A DNA stretch of 64,000 bases from an uncultured Gammaproteobacteria bacterium (GTDB lineage: Bacteria > Patescibacteriota > Patescibacteriia > 2-12-FULL-60-25). A program made the translations under genes and the position numbers. Below, in pieces: positions 32,428 to 42,021 of this stretch; position 1 is the first letter of the stretch, and each line of letters opens with the position of its first letter. The stretch lies in contig CAZXZS010000001.1 in the NCBI GenBank assembly GCA_964645655.1, positions 478,021 to 542,020 of the forward strand, read 5' to 3'. A model generated the notes under the pieces. That model was not told the origin of the DNA and ran no database searches. It saw only the letters and a list, made by a program, of their open reading frames with translations.

Positions 32428-33981
32428 ATGCCTTCGGAGCTTCCACGCGTAGCGGTCATCGGGGCCGGGATCGGCGGGCTTGCCGTCGCCTGCCTGCTGG
32501 CCCAGGACGGCCATCCGGTCGACGTGTACGAAAAGAACGAGCAGGCGGGCGGTCGGGCCAGCGTCCTCGAGGCCGACGGCTTCCGGTTCGACATGGGCCC
32601 GTCGTGGTACCTGATGCCCGACATCTTCGAGCATTTCTTCGCGTTGCTCGGCGAGCGGATCGAGGATCACTTGCGCCTCACCCGGCTCTCCCCGTCCTAT
32701 CGGATCTTCTTCAAGGGGGAGGCCCGCAACGTGGACCTCTATGGTGACCGCGAACGGGATCGGGCGACCTTCGCCTCGTTCGAGCCGACCGCCGACCAGG
32801 CGCTCGACCGCTACCTCCTCCAGGCCGCGACCGTCTACGACACGGCGCGCCATTGGTTCCTGTACCGCAACTACGATTCGGTGTGGGATTTCCTCGACCG
32901 GCACGTCGCCTTTTCCGGGATGGGACCGGGCCTCCTCGCGTCGATGGACCGGCACGTCAACCGCTTTTTCGCCGACGCGCACCTGCGCAAGATCATCGAA
33001 TACCCGCTTGTCTTCCTTGGCGGCTCCCCGGACAACACCCCCGCCCTCTACCAGCTCATGAGCCATCTCGACTTCACCCAGGGCGTCTTCTACCCCCAGG
33101 GCGGCATCGTGGAGGTGGTCCGGGCCTTGGAGCGGTTGGCGGTGGCGCGCGGCGTGAGGATCCATGTCAATTGCGGGGTCCACCAGATCAGGACGGAGCA
33201 GGGGCGGGCGACGGGCCTGCTCTTGGAGGATGGCCATACGGTCTCGGCGGATCTCGTGGTCTCGAATGCGGACAACGCCTTTACCGAACGCGTCCTCCTG
33301 CGGGCCGAGGACCGGAGCTTTTCCGAACGGTACTGGGCCTCGCGCGTGATGGCTCCCTCCGCGTTCATCCTATATTTGGGCGTGAAGGGGCGGATCCCCA
33401 CGCTCACGCACCACAACCTCATCTTCGCTCAGGACTGGAAGGTGCATTTCCGGGAGATCTTCGATGACCCGCGCTGGCCGTCCGACCCGTCGCTCTACGT
33501 CTGCGCGCCCAGCGTCACCGATCCGTCCGTCGCCCCGCCCGGCCACGAGAACCTGTTCGTCCTGGTCCCGATGGCCGCTGGGCTGGAATATACGGACGCG
33601 GATCTCCAGTGGTACAAGGAGAAGATGTTGCGGTTGCTGCAGGAGGTGTTCGCCGTGCCCGACCTGGCCGAGCGCATCGTCTACGAGCGCACGTTCTGCG
33701 TCCGCGAGTTCGAGGAGCGCTACCACAGCTACAAGGGATCGGCCCTGGGCTTCGCCCACACCCTGCGCCAGACGGCCGTCTTCCGTCCGAACAACGTCTC
33801 GAAGAAGGTCAAGGGCCTCTATTATGTCGGCGCCGGCACCAATCCGGGGATCGGGATGCCCGTCTGCCTCGTGAGCGCGGAGCTGGCGTACAAGCGGATC
33901 AAGGGGATCGCCGACCCGCGGCCGCTGCCGGTGCGGACCGAGCGCGAACGGTGCCCGGATGGGGAAGGGGAAGTGTCCTGA
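32428..33981 (+). CDS. crtI: phytoene desaturase family oxidoreductase
   Basis: FAD fold VIGAGIGGLAVACLLAQDGHPVDVYEKNEQAGGRA. C-terminal YYVGAGTNPGIGMP. Confidence 0.9.
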   Translation: MPSELPRVAVIGAGIGGLAVACLLAQDGHPVDVYEKNEQAGGRASVLEADGFRFDMGPSWYLMPDIFEHFFALLGERIEDHLRLTRLSPSYRIFFKGEARNVDLYGDRERDRATFASFEPTADQALDRYLLQAATVYDTARHWFLYRNYDSVWDFLDRHVAFSGMGPGLLASMDRHVNRFFADAHLRKIIEYPLVFLGGSPDNTPALYQLMSHLDFTQGVFYPQGGIVEVVRALERLAVARGVRIHVNCGVHQIRTEQGRATGLLLEDGHTVSADLVVSNADNAFTERVLLRAEDRSFSERYWASRVMAPSAFILYLGVKGRIPTLTHHNLIFAQDWKVHFREIFDDPRWPSDPSLYVCAPSVTDPSVAPPGHENLFVLVPMAAGLEYTDADLQWYKEKMLRLLQEVFAVPDLAERIVYERTFCVREFEERYHSYKGSALGFAHTLRQTAVFRPNNVSKKVKGLYYVGAGTNPGIGMPVCLVSAELAYKRIKGIADPRPLPVRTERERCPDGEGEVS

Positions 33982-34091
33982 AAAATGACGCTGCCTCACC
34001 GCCCACGTCGCCGATCGGCGAGACGTGATACCGTGGGGACGCGGCCCGCGTGACGGATGTCCCGTCCCGCTCGGTCGCAAGGGAGATCGAC

Positions 34092-34502
34092 ATGTATCCC
34101 CGTACCACCTGGTCGCCGGCCGCTTCCGATTGGCGTCCCGGCATCCTCGACCATTTTTCGCCGTACCATGAGGAGAGCCTGCCTTGGCCTGTCGGCGAGG
34201 GCCATTTCCTGCGGGATCCGGACCTCTCTTGGCGCATCCTCATGACCGTCGACCAGCTCAATCGCCATCCCGTGACGGACGAGCGGACGCTGCTCATCGT
34301 GGCCCGCGAGGCGGCTACCGACTCGCGTACCGACCCCCTTTGGGGGATGTGGGTCGCCGGGCGGATCCTGTTCGTGCCGTGCGAGGACCTGGAGCCGTCA
34401 CTGGCCCGCTTCCCTCGGTCGCTGGAGCCCGACGGTTCCGTCCGCGGCAAGGCCTTGCGCCGCGACCTGCTCTGGCGGATCGCCCGCCATGCCAGGCAGT
34501 GA
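34092..34502 (+). CDS. hypothetical protein
   Basis: ATG 34092 after AAGGGAG. The ORF-track GTG 34050 is less likely. Confidence 0.5.
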   Translation: MYPRTTWSPAASDWRPGILDHFSPYHEESLPWPVGEGHFLRDPDLSWRILMTVDQLNRHPVTDERTLLIVAREAATDSRTDPLWGMWVAGRILFVPCEDLEPSLARFPRSLEPDGSVRGKALRRDLLWRIARHARQ

Positions 34503-34643
34503 TCTTCGCCATCCGCGCTCCCCCCCCCAATGGAGGGGGGATTTTTCGTATCGGAAAGGCGAACGAAAAAATCCCCTGAGCTTACGGAAAAAGAAGACCG
34601 CCAGCAGGTCCTGGTGCGGACCGGCTGGCGGTGAGGGGCGCGC

Positions 34644-35207
34644 TCAGTTGGGGAGCGCGATGGGGGCGTCGTGGCCGCCGGGGGCGAACACGCGCTCGGT
34701 CTCCTCGGTGACCACGATGGCGGTCTCGCGCTCGATGTCGATGCGCGGGAAGCCGAGGCCGAACATCGAGTTGTACAGAGACCCGGGGAAGCTCTGGACG
34801 GCGGCAGTGTAGGCCCTGCCGCGGTCGATGAGCGCGGTCTGCGTGTTGGCGAAGGTGGTGCGCCCGCGCTCGATCGCGCCCTGCACGCGGGTGTAGGTTG
34901 CGGAGTCGATCGTGGGGTTGGCCTCGGCGATCGCGCGCATCACCTCGTTGGTCCCGCCCTGCCGTGCCTGGACGACGCGGTCGAAGGCGGCGCGCACGTC
35001 GTTGCGGTAGCGGTCGTTGACGCCCGCGGACTCGAGGATCGAGGTCCGCATGTTGCTGTACTGGTTCTGGGCCTCGCGGCGCTGGGCCTTGATGCCCGCC
35101 TCCGCCGCGATGCACTCGTTCCGGAAGCTGATGGCGCCGAGGCCGACGATGAAGCCGCCGATGGCGAGGACGGCGAGGCAGGCAAGGACGATGTTCTTGG
35201 TGTTCAT
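34644..35207 (-). CDS. lemA: LemA-like membrane-anchored protein
   Basis: N-terminal TM segment. C-terminal YTAAVQSFPGSLYNSMFGLGFP resembles the LemA signature. ATG 35207 after GGAGAAG, or 35219. Confidence 0.6.
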   Translation of the reverse strand: MNTKNIVLACLAVLAIGGFIVGLGAISFRNECIAAEAGIKAQRREAQNQYSNMRTSILESAGVNDRYRNDVRAAFDRVVQARQGGTNEVMRAIAEANPTIDSATYTRVQGAIERGRTTFANTQTALIDRGRAYTAAVQSFPGSLYNSMFGLGFPRIDIERETAIVVTEETERVFAPGGHDAPIALPN

Positions 35208-35270
35208 GGTCTTCTCCATGTCTGACGAGGCGGTTTTTACGCTAGTCGCTGTCCAAGGAAACGGTCGGTC

Positions 35271-36416
35271 TCAGAACGCGGTCGAGCGGCCGTAGCGCCT
35301 GGAGGAGAACGCCGTGCGGTTGCGGTGGCGCTTCTCGAACGGGTCGTTGACCCAGAAGTAGCTGCCGAGGACGCCCGTCACCGCGAGGGTGATGAGCCAG
35401 CCGAGGACGAGGATCCACGTCGGCGGGGTGACCGTCGCGTAGAGGTACTCGTACTCCGCCATCGGCGTACGCACGAAGTTGTTATCGACCTCGTTCTCGA
35501 TGATGTGGGCTACGGCCGCCGCGTCGAAGGCCGGGAGAGCCTCGATCCGAGTGCGGACGTTGTCCTTGACGCGTTCGTTGCGCGTCCAGGTGACGAACTC
35601 GACCCAGCCGATGCGCGGGTACTCGGGTAGGCCGATCACGACGGTGAAGTCGTTCTTCTCGGCGCCGTGGTCCGAATCGACCCAGCGCTCGCGGAGGCCC
35701 TCGGCGAAGCCACGGTCGCTCACACTCGTGAGGACGGCGGTGATGTTGACCTGGCGGGCCGCGCCGAGACGGTCGTTGGTCCGGTCAAGGGCGGCCTGGA
35801 GCGTCTGGAGATCCGTCGCGGGCACCGCCGCGCCCGCGTTGATGACCCGGTCGATGCGGTAGAAGTCTCGCACCCGGGGGTAGTCGGGGAGCTGGCCGGC
35901 GAAGCGGGCGGCGACCCCGCGGCTGCGGAGGATGGAACTCGACCCGGCGGCGCGGATGTAGTTGGTGTACGAGTGCTCCTGCGCCGTCGGCTCGCCGATG
36001 CGGATCCGCGTCCAGTCGGCCGGCTCGCTCGCGTAGGGTGGGTTGCAGGTGCTGCTGTACACGGTCTCGTCGTTGGACGAGGTGGCCGTCCACGACTGGT
36101 CGTGGGAGTGGCTACACACCCTGCGGCTACACGTCTTGGTGTGGCCGTTGCTGTCCGTGCCGCATGGGTAGGTCTCGGTGTGGCAATGGCAGCACGAAGT
36201 CCAGGTGTCGTGGTCCTTGCGGGCCACATGGCCGTTCCAGATCTCGGTGCTGGTGGTCTTGTACTTGAGGCCGATGGCGACCGTCGCGCTGCAGCACACG
36301 AGCGCAACGCCGAGGAGGGCCGCCAGCTCCTTCCAGTCGATCCGGCCCTTGCCGGCGGCGTAGAGGGTGACGATCACGATCACGGGGATGACGAGCAGGC
36401 CGAGCGTCCAGATCAT
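35271..36416 (-). CDS. hypothetical membrane protein with Cys/His-rich segment, co-transcribed with the lemA-like gene
   Basis: ATG 36416 (MIWTLGLLVIPVIVIV...). CCHCHTETYPCGTDSNGHTKTCSRRVCSHSH. C-terminal TM segment. Strong promoter at 36486-36514. Confidence 0.6.
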   Translation of the reverse strand: MIWTLGLLVIPVIVIVTLYAAGKGRIDWKELAALLGVALVCCSATVAIGLKYKTTSTEIWNGHVARKDHDTWTSCCHCHTETYPCGTDSNGHTKTCSRRVCSHSHDQSWTATSSNDETVYSSTCNPPYASEPADWTRIRIGEPTAQEHSYTNYIRAAGSSSILRSRGVAARFAGQLPDYPRVRDFYRIDRVINAGAAVPATDLQTLQAALDRTNDRLGAARQVNITAVLTSVSDRGFAEGLRERWVDSDHGAEKNDFTVVIGLPEYPRIGWVEFVTWTRNERVKDNVRTRIEALPAFDAAAVAHIIENEVDNNFVRTPMAEYEYLYATVTPPTWILVLGWLITLAVTGVLGSYFWVNDPFEKRHRNRTAFSSRRYGRSTAF

Positions 36417-36485
36417 CTTCGAATTCCTTTCCGGGTTGGTCACCGGAGGCGTGAAAGGTGTTTTCGCGTTTATACGCGACAATTG

Positions 36486-36514
36486 ATGATAGCGTATTTT
36501 TGCGTTTTTGTCAA
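36486..36514 (-). promoter_or_regulatory. sigma70-like promoter TTGACA-17-TATCAT
   Basis: Minus strand, upstream of the 36416 membrane-protein / lemA-like operon. Confidence 0.55.
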
Positions 36515-36764
36515 GCGGTATTGCATGTTTTTCTATAAATTAGCCAAAATAACGGATCCCATCCGTCATCAGTGATGATGCACGATTTATGAAATGGCCG
36601 TCCGTCTCAGGCGGCGGTTGTTCCAAAATATGCGCCCCATCCCGGTACCGTCCTTTCCGGTTCCTAGCCTGTGACGGCGATTGAAGTGGCGCTGGCGTCT
36701 ATTTTTGCTCGGGGTTCGTATGTGGAGGTACAGATGATTTCCCCTTATCCTAGCCGTTTTTCCC

Positions 36765-36793
36765 TTGACAGATCGCGAAAGATCCTTAAGCAT
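36765..36793 (+). promoter_or_regulatory. possible promoter TTGACA-16/17-TAAGCA
   Basis: Poor -10 box. If real, it excludes ATG 36792 as the start. Confidence 0.3.
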
Positions 36794-38393
36794 GGCCCTG
36801 GTCCCGTTCCTTCCCACCTCCTTCCCAAGAAAGCCCACCCGCATGTCCCATGCCCGTGTCCGTCCGTTTCCTTCGCGGCGGGTCCCCGTCCTGCCACCCA
36901 CGACCATCCGTGCGGCCAGGCGCCAGCTGCAGCACCAGCTGAGGAGCCTGATCAGCCTGCTGAAGCGCTGCGGCGCGAAAGACCTGAATTGGGAGGCGAC
37001 CGGCCTCCCGCTCACGCCCGAGGAAGATCGTGACTGGCGCGTGGCGGCCAACCAGGAGCTCCTCGACCTCGCCCGGGCGGCGGACCATCTCCAGCTCTGG
37101 ATACGTGCCCGCGCGCTCCTGCCCGGTCCCGCGCCCGATCCGAACGAGGTGAAGGCGCTGGCCCTGCTGCGCCCGTGCGCGCAGGCCCTGGATGACCTCT
37201 ACGCCAAGGGGTTCCCGTTCGCCCCCGACGTCGTCGTCGCCCTCCAGGCCGCGCAGCGGCGGCTCGGCGGGCGGCCGCCGGCCCGGCTCGATGCCGACTC
37301 GTTCCTCGACGAGCTCCTGACCTGTGGGCGTGACAGTCCCCGCGAGGAAGTGTTCGCGCTGTCATGGATCGCGCGCGGGCTCAAGGACGCGTCCTTCCTC
37401 GCCCTGCTCCTCGAGCGCTGGCAGGCGTCCTTCGGGGTGCTGGCCACGACCGGCGCCGATCGAGCTACCCGAGCGGATCTCGTCGAAGCGCTCGTCGCCT
37501 TCGGCAGGGAGGAGGAGGCCCGCGCGCTGATCGAGGGCATCGATGGGGATGATGGGAGCGTCGCCTACCTCTGGCTGGCCTTCGGCGCGGCCCGGCCCGA
37601 TGCTGCGGCGCTCATCCGGGCGCAGGAGATCGGGGTTCGGACCTTCCGGGGCAAGCCCCTGGCCACCTTCCTGCTGCAGCTCCATCGCCTCGGCCAGGGG
37701 CGCCGCTTCCTCGAGGCGGCCGGCCGGATCACGGCCGAACTCCTCGCCGCTCCGATGGGGAAACCCGGCGCGGCGGACCGCCTCCTCCTGGGCCTGCTCC
37801 GCGGCTGGCTCATGGAAGGGGCTGTCACCGAAGCCCGGAGCCTGCTCGACCGTCTGGAGCAGGGGACGCCCCTGTGGGTCGAGGGGCTCGCGCTCCTGTA
37901 TGCCCACACCGGGCGCGTGGAGGATCGCGACGCCCTCCTCGCGGGGCTCGCTGGTCTCGATCCCACGCTCCTCACGCCGTCCCTCGCGGGCCAGGCGCTT
38001 CGGGCCCTGCTCGCGCAGCGCGCGCTGGACGAGGCGGTTCGCCTCATCGAGGGCTGGTCAGGCCCGCTGTTCCGCTGCCTCGGGTTCTCGACGCTCGTCC
38101 TCGGGGGTTCCGCGCCTGCGGCGGACGGTGCCGAAGACCCGTCCCAGCGGTCCTGGCTCGACCAGGCCGAAGCGGCCTACTGGTCGGTCGACTTCCGGGT
38201 GCCGCGGCATGGGGTCACGCTCGCCGCCTTCGTCCGCGCCTGCCTGCGCGGCTGGCGGGTCGACCGGGCCCTGGCCGCGACCGGTTGTGCCGTTTCCACG
38301 CACCTTCGGCTCCGCCTCCTCGCCGCGATCTATATCCACGCCGAAGGGCATCCCGAACCGCCCTTCGTCGCCGACTGGGCGGAACGGCTGTGA
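36792..38393 (+). CDS. hypothetical Ala/Leu-rich helical-repeat protein
   Basis: Long open frame with protein-like composition and a terminator at 38400. Start uncertain: ATG 36792 or 36843. The ORF-track TTG 36765 is the TTG of a TTGACA box. Confidence 0.55.
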   Translation: MALVPFLPTSFPRKPTRMSHARVRPFPSRRVPVLPPTTIRAARRQLQHQLRSLISLLKRCGAKDLNWEATGLPLTPEEDRDWRVAANQELLDLARAADHLQLWIRARALLPGPAPDPNEVKALALLRPCAQALDDLYAKGFPFAPDVVVALQAAQRRLGGRPPARLDADSFLDELLTCGRDSPREEVFALSWIARGLKDASFLALLLERWQASFGVLATTGADRATRADLVEALVAFGREEEARALIEGIDGDDGSVAYLWLAFGAARPDAAALIRAQEIGVRTFRGKPLATFLLQLHRLGQGRRFLEAAGRITAELLAAPMGKPGAADRLLLGLLRGWLMEGAVTEARSLLDRLEQGTPLWVEGLALLYAHTGRVEDRDALLAGLAGLDPTLLTPSLAGQALRALLAQRALDEAVRLIEGWSGPLFRCLGFSTLVLGGSAPAADGAEDPSQRSWLDQAEAAYWSVDFRVPRHGVTLAAFVRACLRGWRVDRALAATGCAVSTHLRLRLLAAIYIHAEGHPEPPFVADWAERL

Positions 38394-38399
38394 ACGCCT

Positions 38400-38427
38400 C
38401 GTCCCACCTTCCTGTGGGGCGTTTTTA
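38400..38427 (+). terminator. intrinsic terminator
   Basis: 8-bp stem around CCCAC / GTGGG plus T5. Confidence 0.5.
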
Positions 38428-38568
38428 TTTCCCTGTTCGACCTTGGTTCGCGTGGCCGCCGACCGGGATTCGCCGCAAGGACGACGGTGGATGGGCGCGC
38501 GGGGAGGTGATCGGGAGGCGTCATCATGTTTGTCCGGCCGCCGCGTGGCTAGGTGCGTAAAGATACGA

Positions 38569-38597
38569 TTGACAAAATGGGTGAGGCTTGATAGGGT
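38569..38597 (+). promoter_or_regulatory. sigma70-like promoter TTGACA-17-TAGGGT
   Basis: Upstream of 38673. Confidence 0.45.
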
Positions 38598-38672
38598 CCG
38601 CCGTATCCTGCGGACCGTTCGCCCTGTTGGCGACGGGTTCGCCGGTGTCCGTTTCACGCCCGGAGGTCCCGC

Positions 38673-40178
38673 ATGCCTACGACCGTCGCCGCCGGTTTCG
38701 TCGCCTTCGCCCTCGACGCCCTCGCCCGTGCCCGCCAGGGGGAGAGCGACGCGTTCGTGGCGCTCGACTTCCTTCTCGACCGGTACCTGGTGCTGCCCAC
38801 GGAGATCGGGCTCACGTTCGAGGAATATTCCGCCCTGGAGGCGCGCCGAAACGAGGCGGAGGAAGCCCGTGAGGCCGGTCGCCTGCAAGACCTGCTTCGC
38901 AGGTTGCGGGACACCCCGAATGCCCACGGCCTGTCCGTCCTTCGGGAGCGGTCGTGGTATTCCGCCCGCTCCTTTGACACGTACCTGCAGACGAAGCACC
39001 GGTTCGATCTCCTGGCGAGGCTGGGTGTTTCCAAGGACGAGCTTGCCCAGCTTGAGCGTCAGGCTCGGTGCCGGTTCGGCGAGGACGCGTTTTTCGCCCA
39101 AGTGCACGCACGTTTCAGCGCCACGTGCCTCAGCCGGTTCGATGCCGCCCATCGGATCTCCTTCGAAGAGGTGACCGCGTTCTTTCGTGCCCACGCCGTG
39201 CGCCCGGAAGAGCTGGGGACCTCCGAAGAGGCGTTGCGCGAGGCCTGGCGCCGGTCGCGTGTCGAGCACGCCGCGCATCTCTGGGGCCGGCTGTGCAATC
39301 CACAGGGAACCGAGGGCGACACGCCCGAGCTCGTCGAGAATCTCGCTGCCGTCCTGGGCCAGGGCATCGCTCCCCACGAGTTCGGCGGGTCGCCGTCCGA
39401 GGTCGAGGTCCGCCTGCGCCAGGCCCGCCTGCGGGTCGCGGCATGGCTGCTCAAGGGGACCCAGGGCTCGGACGGGGCGAACCGCTTTCCCGCCTTCAAA
39501 TCGTTCTGCGAACGGCACGGCGTCTCCCTCGCCGAACTTTCGCCGGGGGAGACGTTCGCTTCGCTTGGCGAGCGTGCCCGGGCGAGCCAGGCCGAGGACA
39601 GGCTCGAGAATGCCGACTACCATCTGCATGAGCGTTGCGAGGAGTACGGGATCCGCTGGCCAGCGACGCTCACCGAGGGCTGCCGCAAGGCCCTGGTGCG
39701 CCAGGTGTCGCTCCTGGACGCTTGGCGCAACCTCGCGGGTGACTACGTATGTTTCGGCTGCTACGACGAGGACGGGGACGCGTACGAATGCCTGCGGCGC
39801 GTCGGCTCCGCGCTCTATGGGTACCCATTCAGCACCCTTTCCGAAGTGAACCGCGCCGGACGCCCGTTCCCGCCGGCCGAGCGCCTGGGCCACGAGGAGC
39901 TCCCGATCACTCGGGAGGCGTTCGTGGAGCGGATGCGCGACGCGCTGGTGGTCCACTTGCGCGACGAGCTTGAGCGGGCCCTTTCCCAGAGCCCGTTCGT
40001 TCCCGAACTCGAGGACTGGCACCTCCTGCCCGAGAGGGTCCTTGCGCGGATCCATGCCTGCGTCCACGCGCAGGTGGCGACGTACGAGGAGCTTGGGGCC
40101 ACCCCAATGCGGATGATCCGGCTCATGGCGGACGCCCGTGACCTGGAGCGCTCCCTCGCCACTCCCAAGGAATGCTGA
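38673..40178 (+). CDS. hypothetical protein
   Basis: ATG 38673 after CGGAGG. Promoter at 38569-38597 and terminator at 40182. Preferred over the 712-aa antisense ORF. Confidence 0.6.
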   Translation: MPTTVAAGFVAFALDALARARQGESDAFVALDFLLDRYLVLPTEIGLTFEEYSALEARRNEAEEAREAGRLQDLLRRLRDTPNAHGLSVLRERSWYSARSFDTYLQTKHRFDLLARLGVSKDELAQLERQARCRFGEDAFFAQVHARFSATCLSRFDAAHRISFEEVTAFFRAHAVRPEELGTSEEALREAWRRSRVEHAAHLWGRLCNPQGTEGDTPELVENLAAVLGQGIAPHEFGGSPSEVEVRLRQARLRVAAWLLKGTQGSDGANRFPAFKSFCERHGVSLAELSPGETFASLGERARASQAEDRLENADYHLHERCEEYGIRWPATLTEGCRKALVRQVSLLDAWRNLAGDYVCFGCYDEDGDAYECLRRVGSALYGYPFSTLSEVNRAGRPFPPAERLGHEELPITREAFVERMRDALVVHLRDELERALSQSPFVPELEDWHLLPERVLARIHACVHAQVATYEELGATPMRMIRLMADARDLERSLATPKEC

Positions 40179-40181
40179 CGG

Positions 40182-40212
40182 CGGCCGACCCGGCACGGGA
40201 AGGCCGTTTTTT
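40182..40212 (+). terminator. intrinsic terminator
   Basis: CGGCC / GGCCG outer stem with an inner CCCG/CGGG stem, plus T6. Confidence 0.5.
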
Positions 40213-40351
40213 CTTTTGACCGCTCTTGTCGGGAGGCTTTTTTGTCCGCGGGGATGGGGCAGGTCGTCCCCTCATGTGTCCCTGCGCGAAGGGTTTGTTC
40301 CTCGTGGGTAAAAAGAAAAGCCCCGACGGGGTTCGCGTCGGGGGGAGGGGG

Positions 40352-40987
40352 TCAGAGCGGCGTCGAGCGCCAACCGGGCTGTTGGGCGCTGAAGAGCGTG
40401 TTGGTGGGCGAGGGCATCAGCCAGCTCTCGCCCCAGCCGTCGATGTAGACGTTCATGCGGCGCGCCGTCGGCGTCGGGTCGTTGTAGGAGACGGCGTAGC
40501 TCGGCACGGGTCCCCAGCTGCTCGGCGTGCTGGGGTCGAAGCTGTTCACCATCACCATCGGCGGGTTGCCGGCCATCTCCCGGTAGGCCCAGATGCGGAC
40601 GAGCTGCGAGGATGAGCTGCTGGCGTAGTAGAAGGCCATGCCGCACTCCCCGTTCGTGGGGCATGTGGCGTCCATCTCTCCCTCGAAGTCGCGCGTGTCG
40701 AAGCGCATGCTCCGACCGCCGTTCTGGCTCTGCCCGCGCTCGAAGGGGAACACCTGGCCCCCGCCGCGCTGCGGGTTCTCGAGCGGGATGCCGACCCACG
40801 AGCCGACGGGCCCGAAGGTGCCGTAGGCCCCGTTGGTGACGACGACCAGGCTGCACGCGCCCCCGTCCCAGCGCTCCTGGGTGCAGGGGGTCGTGGTGAC
40901 CGTCGAGCCGCTGCCGGGCCCGGCCTCGGCGGTGCGGGTGAAGAGGAGGGCGATCGTGAGCAGCAGGCCCAATCCCATTTCGCGCAT
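40352..40987 (-). CDS. secreted protein, paralog of 25373-26074
   Basis: ATG 40987 (MREMGLGLLLTIALLFTRTAEA signal peptide). CTQERWDGGACSLV and VRIWAY blocks shared with 25373-26074. Confidence 0.6.
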   Translation of the reverse strand: MREMGLGLLLTIALLFTRTAEAGPGSGSTVTTTPCTQERWDGGACSLVVVTNGAYGTFGPVGSWVGIPLENPQRGGGQVFPFERGQSQNGGRSMRFDTRDFEGEMDATCPTNGECGMAFYYASSSSSQLVRIWAYREMAGNPPMVMVNSFDPSTPSSWGPVPSYAVSYNDPTPTARRMNVYIDGWGESWLMPSPTNTLFSAQQPGWRSTPL

Positions 40988-41360
40988 GGCTTCCGTGTCC
41001 CTTTCGTGCTCCGCAACGTGGGCCGCATGGCCCGATTCGCCGAGGAGCCGTCCGGGGGAAAGCGGGGCTTTCACGCAGGCGGCTTCCCGGGATCGGGAGG
41101 GGTCCATGAAACGGAAGGGGAGTCTGTCATATTTGGGGAAAAATGTCAATGGTCTTGGGTTGCGTTCCTCTCCTGAAATGAAAAAACCGCGGTTAAGCCG
41201 CGGGGGTGGGCAAGGCGGCGTTCGCCCTCGGTGGGTCAGGCACGAGCGGTCCCTTGGGTGGCGCTCGCCCCTTCCCCGCATCCGCTCCCAAAGGTGGTCG
41301 CCACTGCATTCTCCTGGCGCGTGTTTTTTGCGGGGGTATCCGTGGGGGCGTAGACTCAAG

Positions 41361-41825
41361 CTAGTACCAAGCATCGTCCTCGTATTCCACTTCTCCGGTC
41401 GAGGTATCAAGCCGCAAAACGGTCGTATCATCGGAATTGTGGTACCGGATCGTCACCTGTTCCGGCTGAAAGCCACGGGTGCGGAGCAGTTGTTTCACGA
41501 ACGCCCGCTTCGCCTTGTCGTCGGTGTAGTGGGGTGCGTCATACGGATTGGGGGCGCCTCCACCGATGTAGATCCTCAATGCGCCTGGGTCCGCAAAGCG
41601 CTGCCGCGCCTCATCAAGCATGCCCGACAGGTTATCCACGCGTGGGTCGGTGAAGTGGCCTGCGAGCGCCTGGTGCGAATTCGGATCGAAGACGATCACC
41701 CCGATGCAGGGCCCTAGGCCGGTCGTTTCGATGATGTCGGGTGCTTTGGCGAGTTTCCACTCGTCCCATTGCGAGACCTCGATCACCTCCGGATCCGAAT
41801 CGTATGGTTTTTCACGTTCATGCAT
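41361..41825 (-). CDS. CheD-like (deamidase fold) protein, orphan
   Basis: IIETTGLGPCIGVIVFDPNSHQALAGHF and RIYIGGGAP align by eye with the CheD motifs (TLGLGSCVAVC..., KIAGGA). Confidence 0.5.
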   Translation of the reverse strand: MHEREKPYDSDPEVIEVSQWDEWKLAKAPDIIETTGLGPCIGVIVFDPNSHQALAGHFTDPRVDNLSGMLDEARQRFADPGALRIYIGGGAPNPYDAPHYTDDKAKRAFVKQLLRTRGFQPEQVTIRYHNSDDTTVLRLDTSTGEVEYEDDAWY

Positions 41826-41965
41826 AGGTTGGGGCGGCGTATGGCGGGAGGACGTGGCCGTTCTTCCATATCATATAGGGCTTGTCGCCTTTGTAGGAGG
41901 GGGGTCGAGGGCCGTTGGCGCGCGCTCTGTTCGTTGCGCTGCGCGCGTGTCGAGGGGTGGAAATG

Positions 41966-41994
41966 GAATACCCACCTTTTTGCGGTGGGTATTC
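41966..41994 (-). terminator. hairpin immediately outside attL; probably the original tRNA-Lys terminator displaced by the island
   Basis: GAATACCCACC / GGTGGGTATTC 11-bp stem with a 7-nt loop. Confidence 0.5.
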
Positions 41995-41996
41995 TT

Positions 41997-42021
41997 CGTG
42001 GTGGGACCGGTGGGGATCGAA
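41997..42021. repeat. attL: 25-bp copy of the tRNA-Lys 3' end
   Basis: Exact match to 50604-50628. Flanking bases differ on both sides. Confidence 0.85.

Noticed and set aside
38058-40196. 712-aa minus-strand ORF overlapping 38673-40178
   Set aside because: The plus-strand gene has a house-style promoter, an SD-spaced ATG, a terminator and balanced composition. The minus frame looks like an antisense artefact. This remains an inference, because neither product has a known domain.
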